Counted from the stretch's first letter, positions 38,894 to 49,041 are shown. The stretch: DNA of 64,000 bases from Parcubacteria bacterium C7867-004 (GCA_001189075.1 LFCN01000006.1:237219-301218); one strand, 5' to 3'. A program made the numbers and translations. The notes: a model not told the origin generated them from the letters alone.

Positions 38894-38921
38894 GGTTCCA
38901 ACGTCGTACCAGACACCCAGC
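38894..38921 (+). repeat. att-like site (long type), right boundary
   Basis: GGTTCCAACGTCGTACCAGACACCCAGC, ending 2 nt before the stop of the next host gene. Confidence 0.92.
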
Positions 38922-38923
38922 TC

Positions 38924-39751
38924 CTAATTTTGCACCAGAACTGAAGTACCAAGCTGAGCCCATGCATACAGCTTCTCCGCTGTGTCGAGCGGCAGGTTCA
39001 CGCAACCATGCGACCACTGCTTCCCGAACTCGGTATGCCAGTATGCGCCGTGTATCGCTCCGCCCTCTTTGGTGAAATACAGGTTCCAGGGGACACCGGG
39101 AAGGTCATAATACTGATCGGATATGCCGGGAAGCGGCCCTTGCATGTAGCGGCTCGGAGTCTTTCGATACACGCTGAAGAAGCCGCGCGGCGTCGGTGTG
39201 AGATCGAGCCCGGTCGATGCCTGAGACTCCATGAAGAGTTCCTCGCCCTCATATGCGTAGAGCTTCTGTTCGGAGATATCGACTACAATGTGCTTTTTCG
39301 CTGACGGTTCATTCTGCATATCTTCAACAGGGAAGAATGGATGGACGAAATCTCCGGCGACATACCAGTCCTTAGCCACGCGATCGGGATACCGAATCCA
39401 TTCGGTGAATTGAACCCGATACCACGTTCGTCCGGTGGAATCGATGCTCGTGCTCGTCGCAACCGGTAATACCATGCCGGTGCGGAGGTTACCGATCGAA
39501 GGAGCCGTGCTCGTCGGCGCCGAGCGTATGTTCACGCATGCTCCTTCGAAATGCGGTCCGCATCCGTCGAGTATCTCTATATATGGGGGATGTGGAGCAG
39601 TGTTTTCCTGCTCCGTGAACAGCTCCGAGAAGAGGTTGGCGGCTGGGCCTTCCACACCGCCCGTCTCTGGTTTAGAAAAGAGAACGAACAAGAGGATACA
39701 GATAAGTACGGCCGCGCAGGCGAGAAGCGGTATCCAAGTAATTTTACGCAT
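38924..39751 (-). CDS. L,D-transpeptidase (YkuD) with SH3-like domain
   Basis: IVVDISEQKLYAY, TPRG.F, AIHGAYWH..G...SHGCVNL. Confidence 0.92.
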   Translation of the reverse strand: MRKITWIPLLACAAVLICILLFVLFSKPETGGVEGPAANLFSELFTEQENTAPHPPYIEILDGCGPHFEGACVNIRSAPTSTAPSIGNLRTGMVLPVATSTSIDSTGRTWYRVQFTEWIRYPDRVAKDWYVAGDFVHPFFPVEDMQNEPSAKKHIVVDISEQKLYAYEGEELFMESQASTGLDLTPTPRGFFSVYRKTPSRYMQGPLPGISDQYYDLPGVPWNLYFTKEGGAIHGAYWHTEFGKQWSHGCVNLPLDTAEKLYAWAQLGTSVLVQN

Positions 39752-39816
39752 GAAGGCCGACTGATTCCCGCATATGCCGATGTATCTCCATGCAATCCGT
39801 TCTTCGGTATGCCGGG

Positions 39817-40278
39817 TTACGGCACAAGCTGCGAGAATACCTCGTCAGTACCGTCTCCTTTCGTGAAGTCCGCCCACCGCACCCTGCTCGGCGTTATCTT
39901 GTAGAAGAGCACACGGCCTGCATCGAGGTGCGTAAGCGGGGCGAAATGCGGACCGTTCTTCATGAGCGTATCCATGAGTTCCTGCACGATCGGATCGATT
40001 GTTGCGGTATCGGTGAGCTCGGATATCACGCCTTCTATCTGTATCGTCCGCGGCACGTCTTCAGCGGATACAACGAACGCAGCATGATGATCGTTATTGA
40101 TGTCCTCAACCTTGCTCGTTCCGGAAAGCGTAAGGAAGAATATCCCGAACGAATCATCAGAGGCGTAATAGACGCTCCTCGCTCTCGGCTCCCCCTCGGG
40201 CGATACGGTCGCGAGTACGCCGAACGCGCGCTCCTTGAGGAAGGAGAGCGCCGTCTGCCTCGTAAGTGGATCGGTCAT
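39817..40278 (-). CDS. Pyridoxamine 5'-phosphate oxidase family protein
   Basis: GVLATVSPEGEPRARSVYY, T..TSKV..I, IQIEG. Confidence 0.85.
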   Translation of the reverse strand: MTDPLTRQTALSFLKERAFGVLATVSPEGEPRARSVYYASDDSFGIFFLTLSGTSKVEDINNDHHAAFVVSAEDVPRTIQIEGVISELTDTATIDPIVQELMDTLMKNGPHFAPLTHLDAGRVLFYKITPSRVRWADFTKGDGTDEVFSQLVP

Positions 40279-40350
40279 ATGCCTCTAGTGTATACCATTC
40301 GGAACGGTATACTTACCGGGAGCTGTCAATTGCCCATAATCCCACACACC

Positions 40351-40758
40351 ATGAAAGGATTCGTCTCAAACATTGAGCAGGAAACTCTGGAAAACGAGGA
40401 TTTCCGACGCGTTCTCTATACTGCCGAGCACTGCCAGCTCGTGCTCATGTGCATACCCGCAGGCGGTGAAATCGGCGAAGAGGTGCATGATGTCGATCAA
40501 TTCATCCGTATCGAGGAAGGGGAAGGGGAAAGCATCCTCGACGGCGTGGAGCGTGATCTAACCGACGGTTCAGTCATCATCATTCCGGCGGGAGTACGGC
40601 ATAACATCAAGAACGTACTGCCGGACGAACCGCTGAAGCTCTATAGTCTTTACGCACCTCCGCACCATAAGGACGCAACTGTCCATAGGACGAAGGAGGA
40701 TGCCATGAAAAGTGAGGAAGAATTCGACGGTGAGACGACTGATGACCTTACGCCGTAA
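40351..40758 (+). CDS. Cupin domain protein
   Basis: FRRVLYT, QLVLM, IGEEVH..DQFIRIEEG, IPAGVRHNI, LYSLYAPPHH. Confidence 0.9.
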   Translation: MKGFVSNIEQETLENEDFRRVLYTAEHCQLVLMCIPAGGEIGEEVHDVDQFIRIEEGEGESILDGVERDLTDGSVIIIPAGVRHNIKNVLPDEPLKLYSLYAPPHHKDATVHRTKEDAMKSEEEFDGETTDDLTP

Positions 40759-40761
40759 GTT

Positions 40762-41241
40762 ATGAATACCGGCACACGATTCGCGCGTTCGTTCATCTTG
40801 TACGTCGCAACACTCCTGTTCTTCGGTGTAGGAGCGATAACAACCTTGGGCATTGATTGGTATGCGACGCTTCGGCTTCCGTCCTGGGCACCGCCGGAGC
40901 TCGTCGTCGCTCTCATCTGGTTCGTTCTCTTCCTATGCACAGCCTTCTCGGTAATCCGATTCTGGGAGCACTCAAAGAGAGATGAGATTTCTTTCCGTTC
41001 GGTTATCTACCTGTATGTGCTGAATAGCTTCTTGGTACTTCTCTGGAACTACTTGTTCTTCGGAGTTCACGAGCTTGGCTTCGCGTTCGCTGCCGCAGTG
41101 GCTGTGGGAGTGTCGGTGGCCATCCTCATATTCCGTCTCTGGAGGGAAGCTCGCACGTCGGCGCTGCTTCTCGTGCCGTATCTGGCGTGGATGCTGTTCG
41201 CCCTTCTGTACACGTATACGGTTATGTCCTTGAACGCGTAA
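40762..41241 (+). CDS. tspO: TspO/MBR family protein
   Basis: WYATLRLPSWAPP, W..LF, LWNYLFFG, LLVPYLAW..FA. Confidence 0.9.
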   Translation: MNTGTRFARSFILYVATLLFFGVGAITTLGIDWYATLRLPSWAPPELVVALIWFVLFLCTAFSVIRFWEHSKRDEISFRSVIYLYVLNSFLVLLWNYLFFGVHELGFAFAAAVAVGVSVAILIFRLWREARTSALLLVPYLAWMLFALLYTYTVMSLNA

Positions 41242-41407
41242 CGGGAGAGTCTCTGAAAGCGCTTACAAAGTCCGATTAGGTTTGTTTAGGTGTTGCGCAG
41301 TCGACCGGCAATAAAAGGAAGTCGCACACCAACCGAGGAGCGGGGTTACCGAATAAGGTGCCTGGCCCGATTTATCCACGACGGTATACCGGGTATAGAA
41401 TAGGAAC

Positions 41408-41866
41408 ATGGAACTCGATGCACTCAGGCAGTTTATCCTTGGTGCGAGTAGGGCGACGTACGCCTCGGGAGATGCGTCAATAAAAGAGAGGCAACCGGAC
41501 AACTCAACGACCATTCGTTTTGAACAAGGTGAGTTTCGTTACCACGACAACTATTTCGGCGGCGAGCCCTATGGAGGACGTGAGGTCGTCTTTCATAACG
41601 ATAAACCGGTGTGGATGATGGTGTACTACGGTCTCGTCGATGCGGGCGTCCCGAAGCAAGATGTCTACCCGTTCCTTATGGAGAGCCTGTCACAAGCTAC
41701 TCTCGATATGCCGTATCGTGGACCTGCGGATTACCGGCGCGGAGACTACCGGTATGAAAACTTGCTCGAGGGCGATCTCGATTCGTTCTCAGGCATTGAG
41801 AAGATCTTCAGGGATAAAGAATGTATTTATGAAGCTAGATATATGGGTGGTCTTATTGATCAGTGA
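41408..41866 (+). CDS. DUF5680-like protein
   Basis: YHDNYFGGEPYGGREVV...PVWMMVYYG...PYRGP. Confidence 0.8.
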   Translation: MELDALRQFILGASRATYASGDASIKERQPDNSTTIRFEQGEFRYHDNYFGGEPYGGREVVFHNDKPVWMMVYYGLVDAGVPKQDVYPFLMESLSQATLDMPYRGPADYRRGDYRYENLLEGDLDSFSGIEKIFRDKECIYEARYMGGLIDQ

Positions 41867-41914
41867 GGCGGGTATTGTCGGATAGAGAATATATCCGCGT
41901 GCTACGCTTTCGGC

Positions 41915-42688
41915 ATGAAGGTCAAGCCGGTAAGCATAGTCATCCCTACGCTTAACGAGGAACAGTATCTGCCGCGCCTGCTTGAATCCCTAGTAAGCGT
42001 CACGAGCCCACTCGATATCATCGTGGTCGACGGCGCATCGGAGGACGGGACCGTCCACGTCGTCGAGCGATTCTCATCATCGTTCCAAAGAGACTCTTCA
42101 CTCACCTTGATACAAAGTCCGGAGCGGGGAATATCCCTCCAGCGCAACAAGGGAGCCGAACAGGCAACGCATGACATTCTGATTTTCTGCGATGCCGACA
42201 TTGTCTTTCCTTCAGACGAGGTATTCCAAAGGATCGTTACTGAATTGGTAGAAAAGAAGTATGCGGTAGCGGCTCCACTACTTCGACCCATTGAGTCCGG
42301 GAATGATCTGAAACGCTTGTATCATATTCTTACCCTCATGCAGAAGTTGCTACTCTTCTTCGGTCGGCCGTTTTTCGCCGGCTCATGCCTGCTTACCTCA
42401 AAGGACGTGTTCAAGCGCGCGGGAGGATTCGATGAGACTATCATGCTCGGAGAAGATGTCGATTATTCGATTCGGGCAGCAAAACTCGGACGTGCCGGTC
42501 TGGTGCATATCGAGCTACCGGTCTCAGCTAGACGAGCAATCAAGTATGGATATAAGTGGCTTCTCTCCGAACTTCCAAATCTTTTCAGATTTCTTCTAAC
42601 CGGCAAATTGAAATCGGAAACCATCTACTATCCGTTCGGGGAATACGGAGGCCAGAAGCCGCATCATGTAACGCGAAATACGGGTTGA
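41915..42688 (+). CDS. Glycosyltransferase family 2
   Basis: SIVIPTLNEE, VVDGASEDGT, DAD, GGFDE, ED, SARR. Confidence 0.92.
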   Translation: MKVKPVSIVIPTLNEEQYLPRLLESLVSVTSPLDIIVVDGASEDGTVHVVERFSSSFQRDSSLTLIQSPERGISLQRNKGAEQATHDILIFCDADIVFPSDEVFQRIVTELVEKKYAVAAPLLRPIESGNDLKRLYHILTLMQKLLLFFGRPFFAGSCLLTSKDVFKRAGGFDETIMLGEDVDYSIRAAKLGRAGLVHIELPVSARRAIKYGYKWLLSELPNLFRFLLTGKLKSETIYYPFGEYGGQKPHHVTRNTG

Positions 42689-42719
42689 TAGAGTTCCTTC
42701 CGTATAGAAAGAGAACGCG

Positions 42720-43070
42720 CTATTTCCGCAGGATCTTCTCCATCGCTTTTCCTTTCGCGAGCTCATCGATGAGCTTGTCGAGATAGCGGATCTCGCGCAT
42801 GGTTGGCTCCTGTATGTCTTCTACACGGATGCCGCACACTACGCCCGTTATCAATTTCCTCGAGGGATTGAGCTTCGGCGCTGTAGCGAAGAAGGTCTCC
42901 AGGTCGGTGCCTTTCTTCAATTGGGATTCTAGTTTCTTAGGCGTGTAGCCGGTCATCCAGCGGATGATCTCATTCACTTCAGCTTTCGTCCGACCTTTCC
43001 GCTCCGCCTTGGCGATATAGAGCGGGTAGACTCGCGCGAAGCTCATCGTATAGATCCGGTGTTTGTCCAT
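42720..43070 (-). CDS. DUF2200 family protein
   Basis: [42 protein letters not shown]. Confidence 0.9.
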   Translation of the reverse strand: MDKHRIYTMSFARVYPLYIAKAERKGRTKAEVNEIIRWMTGYTPKKLESQLKKGTDLETFFATAPKLNPSRKLITGVVCGIRVEDIQEPTMREIRYLDKLIDELAKGKAMEKILRK

Positions 43071-43147
43071 GGTGCCTTACTTTGTATACGCAAGGCTACC
43101 ACGACTTAGACTAGGGACCGGTCCGGGCCTCTGCTAGGATAGATCCG

Positions 43148-43471
43148 ATGAAGAACCTATCAGCACTCCTTCTCCCGCTGCTGCTGATAGCCATACTCGC
43201 ATTCGGCGGCATCCTGCACGCAACGCTTCCGCATTCCCATACGGGAACCGCGATGATGACGGACCTAATGCATACCGTGACGAGCACCGCCTCAAAGGAG
43301 CTGTTCGCGTTCGTGCAGCTTGCAATTCCGTTCCTGTTCATTCTGGCTGTCTCGCTCGCCAGGCTTCTTCCTGCGAGCCACTTCTCGCTTTATGCGATAC
43401 GGGCCTCATCGCGCGATACCAGCATCCAAGCGCTCAGGCGGGGCATCGTGCACTATCGACGCTTCCTCTAG
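43148..43471 (+). CDS. Hypothetical membrane protein with His-rich loop
   Basis: Two TM helices flanking HATLPHSH...MH; TAGGAT 7 nt upstream. Confidence 0.6.
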   Translation: MKNLSALLLPLLLIAILAFGGILHATLPHSHTGTAMMTDLMHTVTSTASKELFAFVQLAIPFLFILAVSLARLLPASHFSLYAIRASSRDTSIQALRRGIVHYRRFL

Positions 43472-43518
43472 TTTGCACTCGTATTCCTTTTACTGGGGTT
43501 CGAGTATCACAATCTAAG

Positions 43519-44196
43519 ATGAAGTATCTATTCGCGTTCGCACTGGCATTGTCTCTCGTAGTCATGCCGGTTTCAGTCAGTGCTCACGAGGTGCAGCAGT
43601 TCGAGATAAATGGTGAGCACTATGAATTCGTCGTTGGTTCGCTTAACGAGCCAGTTACCGTGGATGACAAAACGGGTGTGTACCTGCATGTCCGGGAAGT
43701 CGGCCATGTCGCAGGCGGGGAAGCTGACCACCATGCTGCCGCCGGAGCGCTCGCCGGTCTCGAAGAGACGCTCCAGGTAGAGATCTCAGCGGGTACTGAG
43801 AAGAAGGTGCTCGCGCTCTCGCCGATACATGATGAGCCGGGCGCATACCGCGCTTCCTTCTATCCGACTGTCGCGACCACGTACTCGTATCGCTTCTTCG
43901 GCACGATAGAGGAGACCCCAGTGGACCTCGCCTTCACTTGCAGCCAGGCGGGTCACGCAGTAGCCGAAGAGGACACGAAGGAAGTAGTCCTCTCTGAAGG
44001 TGTGACTCGCATCAGCAAGACGGGCGCGTTCGGTTGCCCGGCTCCAAAGGAAGATCTTGGATTCCCTGAACCAGCCGTAACCATGACCAGTCTCAGGGAT
44101 GATGTCGCGAAGGCGAACACACTCGCTACGGGAGCGATGGGCGTCGCCGTCCTTGCGATCCTCGGCATGGCCTATATCGCAATGCGCAAGAAATAA
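43519..44196 (+). CDS. Secreted, C-terminally anchored protein
   Basis: Signal peptide ending VSA-H; C-terminal TM plus RKK. Confidence 0.75.
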   Translation: MKYLFAFALALSLVVMPVSVSAHEVQQFEINGEHYEFVVGSLNEPVTVDDKTGVYLHVREVGHVAGGEADHHAAAGALAGLEETLQVEISAGTEKKVLALSPIHDEPGAYRASFYPTVATTYSYRFFGTIEETPVDLAFTCSQAGHAVAEEDTKEVVLSEGVTRISKTGAFGCPAPKEDLGFPEPAVTMTSLRDDVAKANTLATGAMGVAVLAILGMAYIAMRKK

Positions 44197-44252
44197 TCGA
44201 GCGTTTGCTCGCGGGGTCTCGGTACTCGGGACCTCGCCGCAAGTCCTTGCAT

Positions 44253-47003
44253 ATGAAACTACTACTCACATCGATACTCGTAGCTTTCGCATTCATCGTT
44301 CTGCCGATGGAAGCATCTGCGCATGCTTCGCCGATAGACTATGCGCCGAAGTCGTCCGCGGGCCTTACGGAAGCTCCCTCAGAGATTAGTATCAGATTCA
44401 GCGAGCGGCTCGAGCCGGGCGCAAGCCGCATCGTTGTCACGGACAGCTCCGGCGCGCGATTATCTACGGGGAATGCCACGGTCGATCCGAGTGATCCTCG
44501 TGTCCTTACGCTCGCTATTCCGCAAAGCAGGGAAGGCACCTTCATTGTTACCTGGAGTGTCGTGTCTTCGGACGACGGGCACTTTACGAAAGGCGGCTAT
44601 ACGTACTTCGTAGGGCAGGAAGACGTGGTAGGGAGTACCACCCCTCAAGTGGAAGTGGTGCAGCTTTCGGCGCTTCCTGAAGCCTCAGCGATATTCGTCG
44701 AACTCTTGGGGAATTCATTCCTGCTCGGCGCCCTATTCCTGTTCGCGTTTTGCATACGCAGGGTGCTTCCGGGCTTTTCCGAGCGGGAACGCTCTGCTAT
44801 CTCGCGGGTATATCTGTCCTTCGTTGCTGTCGGCATCGTATTCGTACTTGGCGGCGGAATATCGCATGTGCTACTTAAGACCCTTGAGCTCGCGAGCCTG
44901 CACGAGATACCGATAGGCGAAGCATTCCCGCTCTATACCGCAACGGTGGCAGGTTCCGCGACGATAGGAAGGGCGCTCGTTGCTCTATCGTTCGGCGTCC
45001 TGTTCCTCTTCCGGCGCCGGATCATCCTGCAGGCTTCAAAGCTCACCCTCTCTGAGGTCGCTCTGTTCCTGCTGCTCTGCGTGTTCGCGTATCTTCGCGC
45101 GAAGGTAAGTCATGCAACCGCTAACCCCTTCTTCCCGGAGCTATCCGTCCTCGTTAATTTCGTGCATCTCATCGGCAAGGATGCCTGGGCCGGCATGTTG
45201 GGCGTTCTCTCCGTGATGCTTCTGGTCCCGACGCTCCGCGCGCACCTTCCCGAACTGCTCCCAAAAGCATTCAAGCTCATGTTGGGAGCCGCCGCGCTTG
45301 TTGCGATAAGCGCCACATATATCGTATGGCTCCATCTCAAGGACTTCTCGAATCTTTCCTCGACGCTCTGGGGCGAGCGATTCGTTCCGCTTGCGATTAC
45401 CGCCCTACTTGCGGTCGGATTACTCACGTACCACGTCCTGAGTAATCGCTTCCGACCGGCGCTATTCAGCCGTTTCCTTGCGTACACACTCCCTGCAGAA
45501 TTCGCAGCCGGCGTACTCGTAGTCTTCTTCTCAAGCCTTCTCATCATCACGTCTCCGCCGCTCGAGATGTCTCGAGGACAAGTATTCAGGGTGAGCGATC
45601 AGGGTATTAAGATCGAGTTTCAGGCGTCGCCGTACGAAGACGAGGCGGGGCTGATAACCGTCACGAGCAAAACGGGAAGCGCTCTCAATCAGCCGACGGC
45701 ATTCCTCGGGACCAATAGCGAAGAGGGGGTACTCCTGGCACTCAAGAAACGCTTCGATGGAGGATACGCGTTCCCGCTCGCACTGCTTCCGCTTGATAAC
45801 CCGAGCACGCTTACCGTAAACGTGTCCCAAGAAGGCGGATATGACGCTCGCGCGAGCTTCAGCGTCTCGCGCGCCAGCCTCATACCGAGCGCCGGGCCGC
45901 CACGCAGCCTGGATGCGTTCACGCTCGTCATGATCGCTGTCGCGGCCGCCGCCGTCATCTTCCTCGTGCTGCTGTATAGGACTTCATCCGCAACGTATCC
46001 CGCGATCGGCAAGCATGCGTGGTTCGCTCCGATACTCGGCATCTTGCTCTTAATCTTTATTTCGAGCCAGCTCATTGCTGGAGCGAAGCTTCTGTTCGGA
46101 AACTCGTATAAGAAGGAGTGTCTGTCAGACGGCAACGCCTGGCACCTCATGCTTCCGTCCAAGGATTCGATACCGCAGTCCTCCATCCCGAGAGAAGGAT
46201 GCATGGCACTCGGCGGCGCGTTCCATATCGCGGACAGCCGCGAATACCAGTACCTGAAGTCTCCCGGAGAGTCGAACGTACACTTCGCGCATGAGCTGAC
46301 CGATCTGCAGGCCGGCATTCCGGTCGATATCGAGTTATCTATCGTCGACGAGGAAGGAAAGGATGCGCTCCTCTCGCTCGTGCATGAGCGTCTCGTGCAC
46401 GCCATGATAACGAGCAAGGACATGAAAGAATTCTGGCACGTGCATCCTGAGCGCCAGGAAGACGGAAGCTTCATCCTTCCATTCACATTCCCGCGCTCGG
46501 GAGAATATCTGCTCGCGCTCGATTACACGAACGGGCTCTCTTCGGTGACCGAGACGTTTCCTCTGGCGGTAGCGGGTTCGATTCCTCAAGATCCTCAGCC
46601 TGCTCTCTATCCGTCGCCCGAAAAGATAGATAACTATGAGATCCGCCTCGAGCACTCGCTGCTGTTCGTAGGCCGAAAAGAAACGTTTACGTACCGCATA
46701 ACGCGCAACGGGGAAGACGTTACCGATCTTGCGCCGTATCTGGGGGCCGCGATGCATCTGGCGGTGGTAAAGAACGATCTCTCCGCGTTCATCCATACGC
46801 ATGGGGAAGTGCATCCGTTCGGTACCGTGACCAAACCGCTCCCGACAAGTACGGTGCATCAGCATGCGCCGCCGCCCGCCCGGTTCGGACCCGTAGTAGA
46901 GGCGCACGTCACGTTCCCGAGTCCCGGCACCTACACGATATTCGGCGAATTCAGCCATGAGAGCGTGGTCCGAACCTCATCATTCACCGTTACGGTCGAG
47001 TAA
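44253..47003 (+). CDS. CopC/CopD copper protein fused to His-rich C-terminal domains
   Basis: SAHA N-terminal His, WSVVSSDDGH (CopC); SHA, VHL TM region (CopD); HERLVH, HVHP, PYLGAAMH...HTH. Confidence 0.85.
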   Translation: MKLLLTSILVAFAFIVLPMEASAHASPIDYAPKSSAGLTEAPSEISIRFSERLEPGASRIVVTDSSGARLSTGNATVDPSDPRVLTLAIPQSREGTFIVTWSVVSSDDGHFTKGGYTYFVGQEDVVGSTTPQVEVVQLSALPEASAIFVELLGNSFLLGALFLFAFCIRRVLPGFSERERSAISRVYLSFVAVGIVFVLGGGISHVLLKTLELASLHEIPIGEAFPLYTATVAGSATIGRALVALSFGVLFLFRRRIILQASKLTLSEVALFLLLCVFAYLRAKVSHATANPFFPELSVLVNFVHLIGKDAWAGMLGVLSVMLLVPTLRAHLPELLPKAFKLMLGAAALVAISATYIVWLHLKDFSNLSSTLWGERFVPLAITALLAVGLLTYHVLSNRFRPALFSRFLAYTLPAEFAAGVLVVFFSSLLIITSPPLEMSRGQVFRVSDQGIKIEFQASPYEDEAGLITVTSKTGSALNQPTAFLGTNSEEGVLLALKKRFDGGYAFPLALLPLDNPSTLTVNVSQEGGYDARASFSVSRASLIPSAGPPRSLDAFTLVMIAVAAAAVIFLVLLYRTSSATYPAIGKHAWFAPILGILLLIFISSQLIAGAKLLFGNSYKKECLSDGNAWHLMLPSKDSIPQSSIPREGCMALGGAFHIADSREYQYLKSPGESNVHFAHELTDLQAGIPVDIELSIVDEEGKDALLSLVHERLVHAMITSKDMKEFWHVHPERQEDGSFILPFTFPRSGEYLLALDYTNGLSSVTETFPLAVAGSIPQDPQPALYPSPEKIDNYEIRLEHSLLFVGRKETFTYRITRNGEDVTDLAPYLGAAMHLAVVKNDLSAFIHTHGEVHPFGTVTKPLPTSTVHQHAPPPARFGPVVEAHVTFPSPGTYTIFGEFSHESVVRTSSFTVTVE

Positions 47004-47049
47004 CGCTATGCAGTACGCGCACATATTTCGGTAGGGTATGATACCAGTC

Positions 47050-47619
47050 ATGACACTCGACCAATTCTCAGCTCTGCTCTCGATCGGATTACTCGCGATA
47101 AGTGGTACCGTGCTTATCGGTACGGTGCTGTATTTCCTCGTCCCATCGGTGCGAAGGCACGTAGAGCGGCATACCTATCGGCAGTTCATCGCTGTTCTCG
47201 GACTTCTGTCTGCTGCGTCAATCGTCGGCGCGCTGATCTACCAGCTCGCGTATCTCACCCCGGTCTGCGAACTCTGCTGGTGGCAGCGTATCTTCCTCTT
47301 CCCGATAAGCGTGATCGCGGGTGTCGCGTACTGGTACAAGACTAAGGAAGCACATATCACCATCGGCATACTCGCGCTCTTCGGTCTCTTCTACGCTTCC
47401 TACCATTACTACTACCACTTCCAGGGCCTCGTCCTCGGCAACACGCTCGCGCTGCCATGCTCGTCGGGCGGTCTCCTGCCGGCCTGTACTGACTCGCCGA
47501 TACTGACGTTCGGGTTCGTAACCATCCCGCTCATGGGAATCCTAGTATTCGGCAGCATGCTCATACTCGCTGCATTCGCCCATGTGGCGGCAAAACGGGA
47601 GCAAAGGACAGGTGTGTAG
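47050..47619 (+). CDS. dsbB: Disulfide bond formation protein B (BdbC-like)
   Basis: PVCELCWWQRIFLFP, second Cys pair, FGFVTIPLM. Confidence 0.88.
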   Translation: MTLDQFSALLSIGLLAISGTVLIGTVLYFLVPSVRRHVERHTYRQFIAVLGLLSAASIVGALIYQLAYLTPVCELCWWQRIFLFPISVIAGVAYWYKTKEAHITIGILALFGLFYASYHYYYHFQGLVLGNTLALPCSSGGLLPACTDSPILTFGFVTIPLMGILVFGSMLILAAFAHVAAKREQRTGV

Positions 47620-47640
47620 AAATTGCTATACTCTTCCCAT

Positions 47641-48291
47641 ATGACAACGAAATCAATGCTATGGACGGGCGGGATTGTGATCGTAGTTCTCGGGTTCGCG
47701 TTCGCGCTCTCCCTGCTCGGTACGAAGCCTGCGGCAGGCGTTGCGATCCCGCTTCCGCCGGTCACCGCTGACGATCACGTCAAAGGAGCGGAGAACGGCA
47801 GGGTCACGGTCGTCGAGTATCTCGATCTCGAATGCGCTGCCTGCGCCGCGTACTATCCGCTCGTGAAGCAGATGGAAGAGGAGTTCGGGGACCGCGTAAC
47901 CTTCGTCGTACGCTATTTCCCGCTCCAGGGCCACATCAACGGGTATCCTGCAGCGCTCGCAGCAGAGGCTGCGAGCCGCCAGGGAAAGTTCTGGGAAATG
48001 CACGATCTTCTGTTCGAGAACCAGAAGGAGTGGGGAGGAAAGCAGTCGGCTACTCCTGAAGTCTTTGAAACCTATGCACAGAAAATCGGCCTCAATATGG
48101 AGCAGTTCAAGACGGATTTCGCGTCCGAGAGCGTGAAGGAGCGTGTCGAACGAAACAAGACGGAGGCCCGGGACCTGAAGCTCAACGGCACGCCGTCGTT
48201 CTTCCTCCAGGGGCTGCAAATCGCGAGCCCGCCGTCACCTGAAGCTTTCCGTGCGCTTATCCAGGCAGAGCTTGATCGCACTGCGTCATAA
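47641..48291 (+). CDS. DsbA-family thioredoxin-fold protein
   Basis: EYLDLECAAC, RYFPL, GKFWEMHDLLF, GTPSFF. Confidence 0.9.
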   Translation: MTTKSMLWTGGIVIVVLGFAFALSLLGTKPAAGVAIPLPPVTADDHVKGAENGRVTVVEYLDLECAACAAYYPLVKQMEEEFGDRVTFVVRYFPLQGHINGYPAALAAEAASRQGKFWEMHDLLFENQKEWGGKQSATPEVFETYAQKIGLNMEQFKTDFASESVKERVERNKTEARDLKLNGTPSFFLQGLQIASPPSPEAFRALIQAELDRTAS

Positions 48292-48312
48292 CTGACCCTA
48301 CTACCTATATCT

Positions 48313-49041
48313 ATGGAACACGAACCAACCCCAAAGGCCGCATCAAACGTTGCGCTCACGACCCCGGTCGCGATACTTATCGGTTCGCTGATAATTGCCG
48401 GAGCGATACTCATAACCAAGTACGCGCCTAATCCGCTTGGAGGAGTAGCGGCTCAAGCGGAAGAGAAAGTGAATCTTGAGGCGATGCGTCCGGTTACCGC
48501 TGAAGATCACATCCGTGGCAATCCCGACGCGCCGGTAAAGATAGTCGCGTATTCCGATACCGAGTGCCCGTTCTGCAAGCGTTTCCATGACACCATGATG
48601 GAGGTTATGGCCACCTATGGCGCAGAGGGGAAAGTAGCGTGGGTATATCGCCATTTCCCGCTCGATCAGCTCCATCAGAGCGCACGCGCAGAAGCGGTCG
48701 CTACCGAATGTGCGGCAGAGCAGGGAGGCGATGAGGTGTTCTGGAAGTACGTCGACCGGATGATGGAGATAACCCCTTCGAACGACGGGCTCGATCCCAG
48801 CGAGCTTCCGAAGATCGCCGCATTCGTCGGACTCGACGTCACCGCATTCAATGCCTGCGTCTCGTCTGACAAGTACGCAAAGAAGATCCAGGACGATATT
48901 GATAACGCGGTGGAAACGGGCGGACGGGGAACGCCGTGGAGCATCATCGTCGGCGCGGACGGCAAGCAGTACCCGCTCTCAGGCGCGCAGCCGATCACGG
49001 CAATCAACAAGCTCGTCGATGTCGCACTCGCCGGTACATAA
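48313..49041 (+). CDS. DsbA-family thioredoxin-fold protein
   Basis: YSDTECPFCKRFH, YRHFPL, GTPW, GAQP. Confidence 0.9.
   Translation: MEHEPTPKAASNVALTTPVAILIGSLIIAGAILITKYAPNPLGGVAAQAEEKVNLEAMRPVTAEDHIRGNPDAPVKIVAYSDTECPFCKRFHDTMMEVMATYGAEGKVAWVYRHFPLDQLHQSARAEAVATECAAEQGGDEVFWKYVDRMMEITPSNDGLDPSELPKIAAFVGLDVTAFNACVSSDKYAKKIQDDIDNAVETGGRGTPWSIIVGADGKQYPLSGAQPITAINKLVDVALAGT

Larger units (their letters stand above)
33858..38921. mobile_element. Tandem array of five gene cassettes delimited by att-like sites; no recombinase in window
   Basis: Sites start at 33858, 36525, 36937, 37958, 38454, 38894; one gene between each pair; inserted between convergent host genes. Confidence 0.75.

Noticed and set aside
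36937-38921. CRISPR array interpretation of the 26-bp repeats
   Set aside because: Intervals are 400-1000 bp, irregular and contain whole genes; no cas genes in window
36525-38921. Classical integron attC array
   Set aside because: Sites are short and lack the RYYYAAC...GTTRRRY long imperfect palindrome; cassettes have own promoters; no intI
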